64,000 bases of DNA from Octopus sinensis. Its lineage: Eukaryota. The notes under the pieces are model-generated. The model was not told the DNA's origin and made no database searches. It worked only from the letters and a program-made list of their open reading frames with translations. The DNA lies in assembly GCF_006345805.1 (NCBI RefSeq), contig NC_043004.1, forward strand, positions 8,804,001 to 8,868,000, in the 5' to 3' direction. Each line of letters begins with the position of its first letter. The first letter of the stretch is position 1. The position numbers were made by a program, and so were the translations under genes. Of this stretch, positions 25,420 to 38,299 are shown piece after piece.

Positions 25420-25785
25420 TTGTTATAAATGTAGAAGAGATGCTGACTCTCAACTTTAGCATGTCAACCAGGTATTTCTGAAATAGATGACGATACACGT
25501 GTAATTGATTTGATTGTTCTGGTTTTAATATCAGTTGGAAAGAATAGAAGTCCCTTGACAACACCTTTTTGTTTGTAATTGGCTCTGCAGTTGCAGGTTC
25601 AATCTGTGGAATATCGAAATGATACCCATATTGTCCATTCCACAGAATAAGAGGATACTGGAGAGCATCGTAAAGAGGGATGAGTCTCTGAAACACGTTT
25701 AAGGTTGTTATCTCAAGCACGAATGAGAATATCATGATTTTCATGGGGGATCACCTACCATAAGGATGGCTACTTCATTAGATGT
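25420..25785 (-). mobile_element. Helitron Rep/helicase fragment
   Basis: Peptide EVAILMVGDP...PLYDALQYPLILWNGQYGYHFDI...NKKVLSRDFYSFQL...RHLFQKYLVDM matches the conserved Helitron YDALQYPL...LFHQYIVDM region. Confidence 0.9.
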
Positions 25786-26280
25786 GAGCCCATTAAAACA
25801 GTGTAAAATGTCCTTTACTGTAGTTTACTATAGACATAACAAATGTGGAAACACTTACAGACACACAGATACTCATAGATTCGATAATCTTGAAAACAGC
25901 AAAATGTACACACACAAAGTTCAAGTGAAATGAAATGTAGTCAATATAGGTGCAAAACACACACACCACACACACATTCTCTCTCTCTCTTTCTCTCTCT
26001 CTTTTTATATATTAAGATTATAGTTTATTTTGTATGATTATTTGTACCTGAAGAGTGTATACTTTAACCCATGGAAAGTGTTCTTGATCCCTTCTTAACC
26101 TTTAGCCCACTGCTTTGCCCCTTGAAGAGAATCCCCTGCCACTGCATTATTTTTGAGGGAACAAAAGGCATGTAAACCTTGCTATAACTTTTTTTTGCAT
26201 TGTGTGTACAGACTTGATTTTTCTTTGTATACTAATAAGGAATGGATGAATAATATTTTTATGTAATGCATTAAGGAATC

Positions 26281-26520
26281 GATGAAAGAGTTGTCTCTCA
26301 GAAATCCACCTCCTTGGGGGGCCAGTGCTTCCATCGCATCAGTCAGTCATGGATGATAGTATCCACTCGTTACATCATCATCCTCAATAAGCATAGTCGA
26401 TGTCCTCATCATGACCTTGAATAATTTCATCATCAACATCAACCCAAGTAAATCCTTCAAAATCATCATCTGAGTCAGAATCAAACAAGATTTCTTCCGG
26501 AATGCAGGAGCAGCCATTTT
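26281..26520 (-). mobile_element. Possible DNA-transposon (piggyBac-like) N-terminal acidic fragment
   Basis: Minus-strand peptide PEEILFDSDSDDDFEGFTWVDVDDE followed by stops. TTAACC motifs nearby. No catalytic domain seen. Confidence 0.3.
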
Positions 26521-28866
26521 CATTTGGTAAAAAATTCAAAGAACTAAATTTGATTTCAAAGCTTGATTACATTGTGGTTAGTAGTATGGAAACATTGAAA
26601 AGGAATCGAAAGTAGCCTGTTTAAAAGACTGTTTACTTAATAATAAACATAGCGATGTGCTTATTTTAAGCACCCTTCCCAAGGCGACAAAATGCAGTTG
26701 CAGCTACAGAGGAAATAACTCATAGGTGACAAAAATTGTGACAACAACAACAACATTAAAAAGGTTATGGCCTGAATTCAATCATGTGACCACCACACAG
26801 AATTTTCTTCTTAACTCCTTCACAATTGGAGTGAAAAGAAGTAACTGGCAAAGTTTATTTTATGTGATTAAAAAATAAAGATGTCATCTATTTATCCGTA
26901 CCAGTGCTTTAAAATTTAATTTTAAATATTTAAAATTATTTAAAAAAAGGTTATGTGAATAAAGTAAACTAACATAATAAATTTTTTTTTTAGAAAATAA
27001 AGTGTCAAATCCTTTAAAAAACTATAATTCAGTAATGTTTTACACCCTTTCCTTCACTGTCAGAATGGCAAAGGGGTCAATTAGCAAAGTTTCCTGTCTA
27101 CTTTGTTGATGCCTTGTAACAAGAAGCTTTGAAGATCAAAAGAATATTATTCTTCTTGGAAAAGAGAAGCCAAAGCTTGGCCCAAAGTAAGCAGCAAGGA
27201 ATGTCGTTACTTTGATTCCAAATATTATAAACAGTATGAGATGATGGGATGTCCCATTCTGAACAACTTACATCATCATGGAAACAAATGTTAAATGATG
27301 ATGATGATGTTCTGGTCCAATGTTTAAAAGTTTTTCCAATCCATTATCCTGAAAAAGTCCTTTTTGTTATGCTCTTTCACTCCTCAGAGGGTGAAAGACA
27401 ATGTTGGATGTGACAGGATTTGAACTCAGGTTCTAGAAAATCAGAGTAAATACTGCAAGGTTTTAGGTCGGATGTTCTACTTCCTCTGCCAATTCGCTGG
27501 TTAAATGGCAATGAGGAAGATGATGATGCTGGTGATGATGAAGAGGAGAGTGACATGATGATGCTGATGATGATGATGATGAAGATGGATAAAACAGTAA
27601 TGATATAAGGCTGATAATTACTAATTTTGGCTAATTGTACAAACTTGCAGGATCTACTGTGTTGACAGTTGAGTAATTTATTGTCATTAGTCTCATTGAT
27701 AAATGTTTGGCTGCTAAATGAATTTATCTGACACATAGTAAGGTTGAAGTGACCACTCTCTCTTCAACTATATCATTATTCCTGTTCTTATTACTGATTG
27801 GCTGTAATTCAAACTATCTCCTTCTCCAACTGAAGTGCTTGTATTTTGTCCTTTTTTGAAACACTGCATGATTTCAGTATATTTGTCCACAGATATATTC
27901 TTTCACAGATTGCTTTTACTATTAAAATGTTCAAGGTTGCCTGATGAAATGGTATAGCTATGTAATAATCTAATGTTATGCAATATCATGTAATATGCAA
28001 GGTTAAATAAATAGCCATACCGTAGAAACATGTGTAGCATAAATTGTTCATTTATGTTTCTTTATTATGTCATAGACTGTAATATTTGCTGCATTTTGTT
28101 GTTACATAAATGGATTTACAAGATGCTTAATATCATTATACGGGGTTAGCATTGCACTGCCTGCTATGTTAACCGGTTGATTGGTTTTCAGTATTTATGT
28201 ATTCTTCACGAGTACCCTGTTAGCCAAATATAGGTTGGAGCACTTCTAAGTTAATTGCCAGGATCATTTAGATCCCTGCTATTTGACACACACACACACA
28301 TACACACGCATGTGTGTGTGGTTACCATCATCATCATCATATATAATATAATATATAATTGAAAGGTAAAGGTATGAAAATACTTTGTATACTCACAGCT
28401 ATGCAAGTAGAGTAGTGTGCATACGTGAGTTTTCGTGAGCATGTGTAAATCTGTTTGCATGTGTGTATGTATGTGTGTGTGTGTGTGTGTGCACGTGTGC
28501 GTGTGTAATTGTATGTATAGGTGTGTCAGTAAGTAAGTATACACCCGTTATCTGAAAACAACTCTTCTCCTCCTGCAGATGTAATTATTGGTCCCTTCTA
28601 TCATCTCACATCATTTGCACCCCCAGGTAAATAAACAGTTATCCTGGATAAACAAAAACAAAGTTACAGTCTGTGTTTTCATTTCTTCCCTCTTTTCATT
28701 TTATGCTTTATTTTTTGTATTTGAATTATTATTATTATTATTATTGTTATCATTATCATCATTCTTTTTCTCCTCTGTCATCTTATCCTCATCAGCTTCT
28801 CTTTTTTCCTATTTTTTTCCCTTATCATTGTTGGTGTCAAGTTTCACGAGCTGTGCCGCGTGTGTA

Positions 28867-28921
<55 letters not shown>

Positions 28922-29267
28922 TGGGTGAAAGGCAAAAGCCGGCATGTGCACAATGTCTTACCTTTTGGCTCTGTCACTTAGCTCGTTCTGCAGAAGGATG
29001 ATCAACCGGAGCGTACAGAGGGACTCACTTTGGCTTTCATCTCTCTGGGGTCAATAAAATATGCCACCAGTTACAGACTAAGCTGAAGACTGGGCACCAG
29101 GATTCTTTCAGCTTTGTCCTTCTCCTACGTACAAATTTGTGGCATTTTGTTGCTACTAGAAACCAAGTATTACCGAATCAAATGTGGTATAGTCATGATG
29201 GGTTACCTGCAGTTCAGTTCTGATCCTCTGGTGAAGGGCAGCATCCAATGTCAAGCTGCTCCCTTAA

Positions 29268-29590
29268 CAGTTTTGGGTTCTGTCCCACTGCACAGCACCT
29301 TGGGCAATAATCTTTTATTATAGCCCTGGGCTGACCAATGCCTTATGAGTAGATTTGGTAGATGGAAACTGTGCAGTCTGTCTCTATGTCCTTATCTTTC
29401 TGTGTGTCATTGGGTCTGGATGTGTCTCCACCACCCCATGACAACCAATGTTGGTTTGTTTATGTCCCTGTAACATACTGGTTCAGCAGAAGTGAATGAA
29501 TGAATAAGTACCAGATTTAATAAATAAATAAATCCTTGGGTTGATTTTTTTGACTAAAATTCTTGAAGATGATGCTCCAGCATGGCCAGA
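29268..29590 (+). mobile_element. SINE family A copy (older)
   Basis: Diverged match to family A. Confidence 0.7.
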
Positions 29591-29766
29591 GTTCAGTGTA
29601 TATATATATACACTCATGGAGTGGTTGGCATTAGGAAGGGCATCCAGCTGTAGAAACACTGCCAGATCAGATTGGAGCCTGGTGCAGCCTCCTGGCTTCC
29701 CAGACCCCGGTCGAACTGTCCAACCCATGCTAGCACGGAAAACGGATGTTAAATGATGATGATGAT

Positions 29767-29806
<40 letters not shown>

Positions 29807-31314
29807 CATACATACACACACACACACATGCATACATATATAGATTGATGGAGAGAGAAAGAGAGTGAGCTAATGCATGTACCTCCCCACTAAACTCTTC
29901 CTTCTCCTCATCCATTCCCTGGCTTACTTCACTCCCACAAAACGCTTTCCTTAATAACTTACAGATGGCAGCAGCTGTTCACTTAGAAGCAACTTGTTGT
30001 TGTTGAGCTGCAGGTCAGTCCTGATGAGCAGAGTGAGGCTGAAAGGCTTTCCATCTATGACCATTCTGCCTTTTTTCTTTTCAAGATAATATTTATAACC
30101 CTAAGTCAGATCTGACCGAGAAGGCCCAGGATCAAAGGATTTCTAGCAGTAACCATTCTTTTTTGGGTTTTTGTGTGTTTCTACTACTACTACTACTACT
30201 AACACCACCACCACCATCACCACTACTACTAACACCACCACCACTACTACTACTAACACCACCACAATCACTACTACTACTACTACTACTACTACTGCCA
30301 CCACCACCACTACTACTACCACCACCACAACCACCACTTGTTGCTGTTCTTCTTGGTGATGATGATTATGGTGATGATAATAATGATGATGACGACGAGA
30401 GTGTTAATGATCATGATGATCATGATGATAGCTATGGTGATTGTGGTGTTGCTGTTAATGACTGTGATGATGATGATGATGATAAATAGAAAATAAACAA
30501 ACACAATTTTGTTGTATTCAAACTTTTGTTCTTCTTATATTTTTGGGGAAAAAATGGAATTTTCTGAAGTGTTGTAGTGTCAGACCACCCAAAGTTGTTT
30601 TGTTCTGAAAGGAGGGGGAGTGGAGGGTGCTGATGTGGGGCGGGGGGGATGGTTCCGAGGGGTGGGGAACATGTTAGGGAAATAACACCAGACAATAAAC
30701 ACAGTAATAACAGCCATAGTTGTCAAAGTGGTTGATGTAATGATGATGATGATGATGATGATGAAGATGATAATTTCTATTATTAGCACAAGGGCATGGG
30801 GGATGAGGTGGGGTTGATTGCTGTTGTTGTTGCTGTTTAGTTCCATGACAGCACTGATCAAACAAAAAGACCAATCACAAACAAGCAAAAAAACCCTGAA
30901 AGGAAATCCAGCCATGACTGTTCCTGATTATTTTCCCCATGTTGTGTCCATTCAGGATAACACTCCTTTATTCTTATGGTGTTAGGGTTCGAGAGAGGTT
31001 TGACTGCTATTTCTAGCAGATTGAGTAACCATGTATTAGGCTGTCTCATGGCATGGTAGTTTTTTTTACTGGTATTTGCTTATCTTTTATCTTTTAGTCA
31101 TTAGACCGTGGCCATGCTGGGGCACCACATTGAAAGATTCAGTTGAATGAATCAATCCCAGTTCATACTTTTTAAAGTCTAGTTAGTACTTATTCTTTTG
31201 GTCTCCTTTATGGAACCACTAAGAGGTTATAAACAAACCAACACCTTTTGGGAGGCAAACACAGACACAAATATATAATATATATATATATTTGGAGTAG
31301 AAAGAATAGGTAAC

Positions 31315-32590
31315 CTAATTTCATTATCACCATGGGATCTAATGGCTCTGTGCAAGTCACTGATCTCATAGAGATATACTTATTTTATAGAATTAAAGAT
31401 GAAATTCAGAATCTTGAAGTTAGACTTTGCTCTCTTTACATAATTCCAGTAATGTTGGTTATGTTAGAACTAAAAAAAAACATCTATTGGACACTTTAAG
31501 AATACAGGTTTGTCTATTGTATCTCATGACACCTGTAAAATAGTAAACTTTCTAGATGTTACTCTAAATCTTAGTATAGGTCTCTTCAAATCTTTTCATA
31601 AGTCAAATCAGCATCTAACTTATATTAACAACTTCCTGAATCATCCAAGAGCTATTATACGTTCCGTTATAAACAGTGTATCCTACCATATATCATTGTT
31701 CTCTGCCAACCAGGGCACTTTTGATCAAAATTCTAGCTACTACTATGAAGCTCTAGCTAGGGTTGGTTATAAAGAGAAAATAACATATTTTTCAAAATAT
31801 AATGATGGCAGTTACAGTCATATACCATTTGACATTAATAAAGTTAATAAAAATCAGATGTCCAATATAACACTGAATAACCATAAAACTTGCCTACAAA
31901 AATAGCATAAACCAAGTCAAGAAAGAATAAATTGTGAATTAGCAAGGAAGCACTCATCAGTGATTATTTTACTTATGTCCTTAACCCTTTTGTTACCAAC
32001 CCGGCTGAAACTGGCTCTGGTTCTGAGTACAAATGTCTTGTTATCATAAGTTTTGAATTAAAATCTTCCACCAAACCTTAGTCACAATTTATCTTCTTAA
32101 CACTAGCTGAATGATAACTAAGTTATTTTACTAAATTCTTTGTTATATTTAAAGTAATTGAAAGAAACACAGAACATCTCAATAGAAATACAGTAATGCA
32201 AAGGTTAATGACAATAATAATATTAATAACATTAATATTAGTACCATTGGTCATAATAATTGTAATAATAATGGTGATGATGAAATTAGTAATCCTGTAA
32301 TTAAATCAAGTGACATGATTGCAATTTACCATCAAAGTACTTTAGGCCCAAATGCATCTGATCGGAATAAGCTTAAAAACATAAATAAAAATAGTTGGCA
32401 TAGGAAAACTTTGTGGTTCACCCCACCCCAGTACAACTATTGCTTCTAATGTGGCTCAAAAATCTTTTCAAGCTTTAAACAAACACTTCTCTAAATCTAG
32501 GCTGTAGCATAGAATTTTTAATAGACACACATTTAAGGTGGCATAGTTTGCTGAGCCTAATATTACTGAATATTTAAAAGATTTAACCAT
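31315..32590 (+). mobile_element. Degraded Penelope-like element RT/thumb/linker coding remnant, interrupted by a MITE
   Basis: Peptides FIITMGSNGSVQVTDL, KIVNFLDVTLNLSIG...YINNFLNHPRAII...YYEALARVGYKEKITY and RKTLWFTP...SNVAQKSFQALNKHFSK...HRIFNRHTFKV*FAEPNI follow the Penelope-type RT order. Confidence 0.85.
31985..32204. mobile_element. piggyBac-type MITE copy 2
   Basis: TTAA at 31981-31984 and 32205-32208. Matches 1870-2087 along its length. Confidence 0.9.
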
Positions 32591-33040
32591 GGTAAATTAA
32601 ACTGTGCCACTTATAATGCTACAACAACTGACCATCCATCTAATACCACATTCTAGCCACCGTATAAATAACTGCTGTGCGACATCTACTGTAAATAATC
32701 AACATATTGATGTACTCACTTCCAAAAATAGTACTTGTATAAGTGTGTATCTGCTTTGGATTTACTACGTATATACGTTCATGTATCTATGCTTGTATGT
32801 CAGTGTATGTACCTATAGGTATATATATGTATGAATTTAGAAATAATATATTTCTAAATCTGTCAGAGAGATTTATGTGGTAGCAGCACGATAAAGTGAT
32901 AGTATGTTGTCAACTTAATGTGACAGTCCCATGAAAGGGAAGAATGCTACTGTTATTTAGCCCTAGGAAACACCGTTTCTAGTTGGACTTGACACATTTT
33001 TCAAAGGGGAGATAAGCACCTCCACCCAGCAAAGCCAGCA

Positions 33041-33082
33041 TCTAGAAGCTAGTTTCTGTGTCATTGCTCATCATCAGCCTGG
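33041..33082 (-). ncRNA. Degenerate minimal hammerhead motif
   Basis: CCAGG-CTGATGA-TGAGC-AATG-ACACA-GAAA-C-TA-GCT-TCTAG. The core is intact; the helix II 3' strand and the cleavage triplet are damaged. Confidence 0.6.
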
Positions 33083-33199
33083 TGTAGCATGGCTTGCTAG
33101 CTGTTGATGTCTATCCGTCTTTGAAAACATATTTCAAGTGAAATACTTTCACTGATTTTTGAAAATAGAAATAATATATTTCTAAATCATCTCATGAGA

Positions 33200-33233
33200 G
33201 ATGATGAGCAATGGCTCTGAAACTAGTCTCTGG
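33200..33233 (+). ncRNA. 5'-truncated minimal hammerhead motif
   Basis: GATGA-TGAGC-AATG-GCTCT-GAAA-C-TA-GTC-TCTGG. Helix II, palindromic helix III (ACTAGT) and GUC are intact; the helix I 5' strand and CT of the core are missing. Confidence 0.65.
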
Positions 33234-33619
33234 ATGCTGGCTTTGCTGGGCGGAGGTGCTTGTCTCCACTTTGAAAGCATAAAGACACAGGAAATGTGTC
33301 AAGTCCAACAGGAAACAGTATTTCCTAGGGCTAAATAACAGTAGCATTCTTCCCTTTCATGGGACTGTCACATTAAGTTGTCAACATACTATCACTTTAT
33401 CGTGTATGAATTTATGTACATATATTTGTATGTATGAGTTTTTATAATGTGTGTGTGTGTTTTTGTACATATAAATATGTGTGTATATTTTTATACTTAT
33501 GTGTACGTATACCACATACATATATGTTTGTGTGCATGCTGATGTTTGTCTCCATGCGGCCTACATGTATATTAATGAGTTTAAGAGTATACAGCTGTGT
33601 GAATGTGGTTGTGTATTTT

Positions 33620-34090
33620 TTGGGCCTCACAGAGGCAATGACAAGTGACTGGGACCTTTGGAGATATGCTGGGCTTGAGAAGACCTGGCAAGCCAAGTGA
33701 GATCATAGTTATGGCCAATGCCAGGGTCGCATAACTGGCCCATTTAAAAGCAGCCTTCAATCATTGAGCAATATGCTGTGCTTGTGAAGACCTGTTGAAT
33801 CAAGTGAAATCATAATTGTGCCCCATGCCAGTGCTGCTTGACTGGGTGGAATGTAAAAAGCACCATTCAAGCATGACTGATGCCAGTGCCACCTGACCAG
33901 CTCCCATGCCAGTGGTACGTAAAAGCACCTACTACACTCTTGGAGTGGTTGGTGTTCGGAAGAGCATCCAGCTGTAGAAACCTTGCCAGATCAGAGTGGA
34001 GCCTGGTGCAGCCTTCTGCCTTGCCAGCTCTCAGTCAAACCGTCCAACCCATGCCAGCATGGACAAGTGGATGTCAAACGACAATGACAT
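33620..34090 (+). mobile_element. RTE LINE 3' end
   Basis: Peptide GLTEAMTSDWDLWRYAGLEKTWQAK* followed by the family B 3' UTR. Confidence 0.88.
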
Positions 34091-34659
34091 TAATGCTTAT
34101 GTTTATGCAGTTCTATGCAGGCATGGAGTATTGTTTTAATTTCACTTCAGTTCATTAAGGTAGAAATTATTTTGAGATGTGGTTATAAAATGAGATTAAA
34201 ATTAAGTTCCATAAGCTTTTTATGTAGGATCTTTTGCCCTTTTAACCATATTTGAAGATTACAACTGTTCAAAACTGTCTCTTGGTTTAATCGTTACACA
34301 CACATACACACACGCACACACACACAGATACACACACACACACGCGTATGTACATTTACATAATTACAAACATTTACATAGTTATATATTCGCATACATG
34401 TATACACAGGAAACACAAATATATGCTTCACAGAAGTGCCCATTAATTCATGTATATACACCTTTATACACACCTATGTATTCACTCACTCACACCTCAC
34501 CACATCTTTAGAACATGTCCTAACACACACACACAAACACATACGCACTCACTCATAAGAATCAATGCACAAACATTTTCTGCTGTCCTCTCTTTCAGTT
34601 TTCCTTCTTCATTCTTTTCTTCCAATCTTCTTCCTCCTAATCCTTGTTTCTTCAATCTC

Positions 34660-34872
34660 CTCCTCCTCCACCGCCTCCTTCTCCCCCTCCTCCTCCACTG
34701 CCTCCTTCTCCCCCCTCCACTGCCCCCCCTCCTCCTCCTCCTCCTCCTCCACTGCCTCCCCTTCCCCCTCATACCCTCCACTGCCTCCCCCTTCTCCCCG
34801 CACCCCTCCCCTTCCCCCTCGCCTCCTCCTCCTCTGCCTCCCCCTCGCCTCCTCCTCCTCCTCCTCCTCCTC
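34660..34872. repeat. C-rich (CCT)n-type polypyrimidine tract
   Basis: Read directly. Confidence 0.9.
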
Positions 34873-35436
34873 TCAATATGTTATCTCTTGGTTACAATAG
34901 CAATCACCATCATCACCATAATGGTGATGGCCATCACCCACTGCCAACAATACTACTAAAACCACCACCACCGTATTACTCCTTCGCTCCCCACCCACCC
35001 TCATTATCTGCCTGTTGTTTTTTTCCCTCTCTGTTTCCGGTTATATCAGAGTTACTTCCTACCTTTAACATCCTGCAGCTGTATTTGTTGTGATTGGAAA
35101 CTGCCTCCATATTGTTGGCTATTCACTCACTTGCCACCACCCAACCCTTCTCTATCATATCCACAACACCACAACCACCTTCATAAGCAGTGAAACATCC
35201 TCAAATCTGCTGCTCTCTTTTTCTTTTCCCCCCTATGAATTTCACTTGCTCTCTTGCTGCCCATTCATTCATCAGTCAATCGCTGAATCAATCAATCAAT
35301 CAATCAATCAATCAGTCAACTTCTCATTGGTTGTAGCATTCACCTTTCTTTTAGGTTTCCACACTATGTTAGATGGACATCTAATAAAAGAGTATAAACA
35401 ACGTATTAGAATAATAATAATAATAATAATAATAAT

Positions 35437-35944
35437 ACTGATTGGAAGTGTTATCATGTACATTGTTTTGTCTTGGTATAAAAGATGAGCTACAGCAAAT
35501 ATTCTGCTTAGTACCACAGATTTGCTTGTCAGTTGTTTGACCTTAACCAGTTGATCATGTCCCTTAGTGGCTGACGACATGTGCATCTCTGATCACAAGC
35601 AGAAGTAGTGGAGGAGCATCATAGCTGTTTGTTGAAAGGAATTCTTTGGGGTTTGAATAATTCACCTCTGGAAACATGGGTGTTTCGTTCAACATCCTTA
35701 AACAACCCTTATTCAGGGACCTTTTGAGCGGGATGGGCTACTCAACCAGAAGAAAATTCTCACTTGGCCCCACCTGCAAGGTCATGCGCTGTTTATCTTG
35801 ATATGAGATCACCCTGTCATGCACATATTGTTGTGATGCATATCCCTGGTGTACCCTTATCAGACGGGTAGTCATGATGGGTATACTGGGCTTCGTATAT
35901 TTTACCCCAGTGTCACTTTAATGGCATGCATTGCTCTCTCACTC
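35437..35944 (+). mobile_element. Unclassified ~500-nt probable interspersed element embedded in (AAT)n
   Basis: Complex sequence flanked on both sides by AAT arrays. No recognisable protein and a single copy in the window. Confidence 0.4.
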
Positions 35945-36689
35945 AATAATAATATTAACAATAACAATAATAATAGTAATAATTCTTTCTACCTTAGGAA
36001 CAAGGCCTGAAACTTTGGTGGGAGAGGGCTAGTTGATTACATGACCCCAGTGCATGACTGGTACTTATTTTATTGAACCCCACAAAAAGGATGAAAAGCG
36101 AAGTCAACCCCAGCGACATATGAACTCAGGACATGAAGTTGGAAGAAATGCCACAAACCATTTTGTCCGACATGGTAACGGTTCGACCAGCTCACTGCTG
36201 TAATAATAATAATGATGATGATGATGATGATTCTTTTAGATCTGGCACAAAGCAGGCAAATTTGAGGGGAGGGGGCAAGTTGATTACATCAACCCCAGTA
36301 CTTCACTGGTACTTTGTTGGCCTCAAAAGGATGGAAGGTAAAGTTGATGTTGGTGGCATTTGAGCTCAGGACATAAAAAGCCGCAAGAAATGCTGCTAAG
36401 CATTTCATTCAATGCTTAATGGATTCTGACAGCTTAATAATAATAATAACAATAATAATAATGATAATAATAATAATAGCAATAATAATAGTAATTCTTT
36501 CTGAGTTTTGGTACTGTTTGTTTATGGAGTTAGATTTCTTTATCCATCAGTTTCTACTCTATTAATAATAGAGAAATAAGAATAAAACTTTGGAAACAGC
36601 AACACTGCCATAAATCATGTGGGAACCATGAGCGTGCTTTCAAGAGAGATAATCAGAGAAAGACTTGAGAGTCGGTGTAAGATCGTAAT

Positions 36690-36900
36690 AGTTCATGTAA
36701 AGTAAATAAAACAAATAACCCAGAATCCTTATTTGGTACTGGATCAATCCCAAAATTTAATCAGTTCGTGCCAGTCATGTGGCCAAACATCCTTTAAAGT
36801 TTCATCCAAATCCATCCAGCGGTTCTTGAGATATCTTGTCCACAGACAAACAAACATGACTGAAAACAATACCTCCACCTTCGCTAAGGTGGAGGTAATA
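36690..36900 (+). mobile_element. Probable non-autonomous Helentron/DINE-1-type element
   Basis: aaagtttcatccaaatccatccagcggttcttgagatat block, (CAAA)n, then a terminal 12-bp hairpin TACCTCCACCTT-CGCT-AAGGTGGAGGTA (36870-36897). Confidence 0.55.
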
Positions 36901-37315
36901 ACAATAATAATATTTTGTAGTATCTTTGAAGGATCAATACACCAATAATATGCCTGATGTAATGACCCTCCTGAGATATAACAAAATCTGTTCCCACATG
37001 AATTTAGATCAAGAATCTTGCAATGCAAATGTGAACATGAAATAATGATATTAACAATGATTTCATTTATTTGCTAAAAAAAAAACATTACAGAGGCAAG
37101 TTACGAAAAAATGTTGGGGCTTACGTTAAGATTTGATGAAATAAAAAGAAAATGCAGAAAGATTTGGAGAATGGACCAGCTGACTCGATCAACTTTGGTG
37201 TTTGACTAAGACTCTCAGACTCCTGTCTGGTAACATGAAGTAGCTAAAGTACCCCAGCAGGACTAGTCAGCATCCACATGTGACACATCATTTCATTGTA
37301 GGTTTACCAGTTGAA

Positions 37316-37545
37316 AGGCGGTGAGCTGGCAGAAACTTTAGCATGCTGGGTGAAATGCGTAGCCATATTTCGTCTGCCGTTACGTTCTGAGTTCAAATTC
37401 CGCTGAGGTCGACTTTGCCTTTCATCCTTTCGGGGTCGATAAATTAAGTACCAGTTACGCCCTGGGGTTGATGTAATCGACTTAATCCCTTTGTCTGTCC
37501 TTGTTTGTCCCCTCTGTGTTTAGCCCCTTGTGGGTAGTAAAAAAA
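37316..37545 (+). mobile_element. SINE family C, full-length, 17-bp target-site duplication
   Basis: TSD TAGGTTTACCAGTTGAA at 37299-37315 and 37546-37562. B-box GAGTTCAAATTCC. The central gtcgactttgcctttcatcctttcggggtcgataaa resembles the Meta/MESC SINE domain (family assignment from memory). Confidence 0.9.
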
Positions 37546-37559
37546 TAGGTTTACCAGTT

Positions 37560-38140
37560 GAAGGTCCTTGTCATTTGTTTGGTGCAAGTTCATCTTGGGA
37601 CATTCTTTGTTCTGTTGTCCCCAAGGAGTCTGTTTGTCAGGAGTCTTATGAAATGTCTCATCTAACTCAGTTGCTGCTTGCAGATGGACACTGGATGCTG
37701 GTCTGCTCTTCTTCTGACCTTCTTGTTATTGAGAAAGGTCATTCCAGTTGATGCTGATTTTCTGTACATTTTGTAAAACTATTTTCTGATTTTTAGAGAA
37801 AGTTTTTCGCTCTTCTGGATTTTACTAATCTTGTTTAATATTGCTGACACCTTTTCCACTCTGCAGTCAAGCGCTTCCTCCATATCTCTGTTGCAACTAA
37901 TGGATCCCCCCAAATAGGTGAAGTTGTCCAATGCCTCTACTTCCTTTTGGGTGATGGATACCTCTGATGGTGGAGTGTGAGTCTGAGTCAGTATGATTTT
38001 GGTCTTTTTGTTACTGATGTTGAAACCTGTATTTGCTGCTTGAGTGCTGGGCTTTGCTGACCAGTAACTGCAGGTCTTATCTGGATTCGGTTAATGCTAC
38101 CTTGTCATCTGCAAAATCCAGCTCTGCCAACTTGACTGGT
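37560..38140 (-). mobile_element. Old RTE-type LINE RT fragment
   Basis: Minus-strand LDFADD motif and DNFTYLG. Many frameshifts. Confidence 0.7.
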
Positions 38141-38299
38141 TCTTAATTCTATTAATCCTGGAATGACAAAAGATTAAAATTGACTCTAACAGGATTTGAA
38201 TTCAAAGTCTAATAGTATTAATACTTTAAAAAATGTGATCATTGAAATATTCTTTAAATTTAAATCATTTAATCTATATCTCTCCTAATCCATTATTAA

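Larger units (their letters stand above)
32887..33404. repeat. Inverted pair of Penelope pLTR-like segments (32887-33082 on -, 33200-33404 on +), each starting at a hammerhead motif
   Basis: The outer ~85 bp are reverse complements with one mismatch. A 23-nt direct repeat lies at 32838-32860 and 33166-33188. Confidence 0.8.

Noticed and set aside
30013-30065. CTGATGA...GAAA with flanking GGTCA/TGACC pairing (hammerhead-like)
   Set aside because: Helix II is only 2 bp and helix III geometry is wrong. Related copies of this old repeat (about 11500, 21930, 22300, 63460) lack the core.
30610-30670. G-rich potential quadruplex tract
   Set aside because: Lies in low-complexity sequence with no link to any defined feature.
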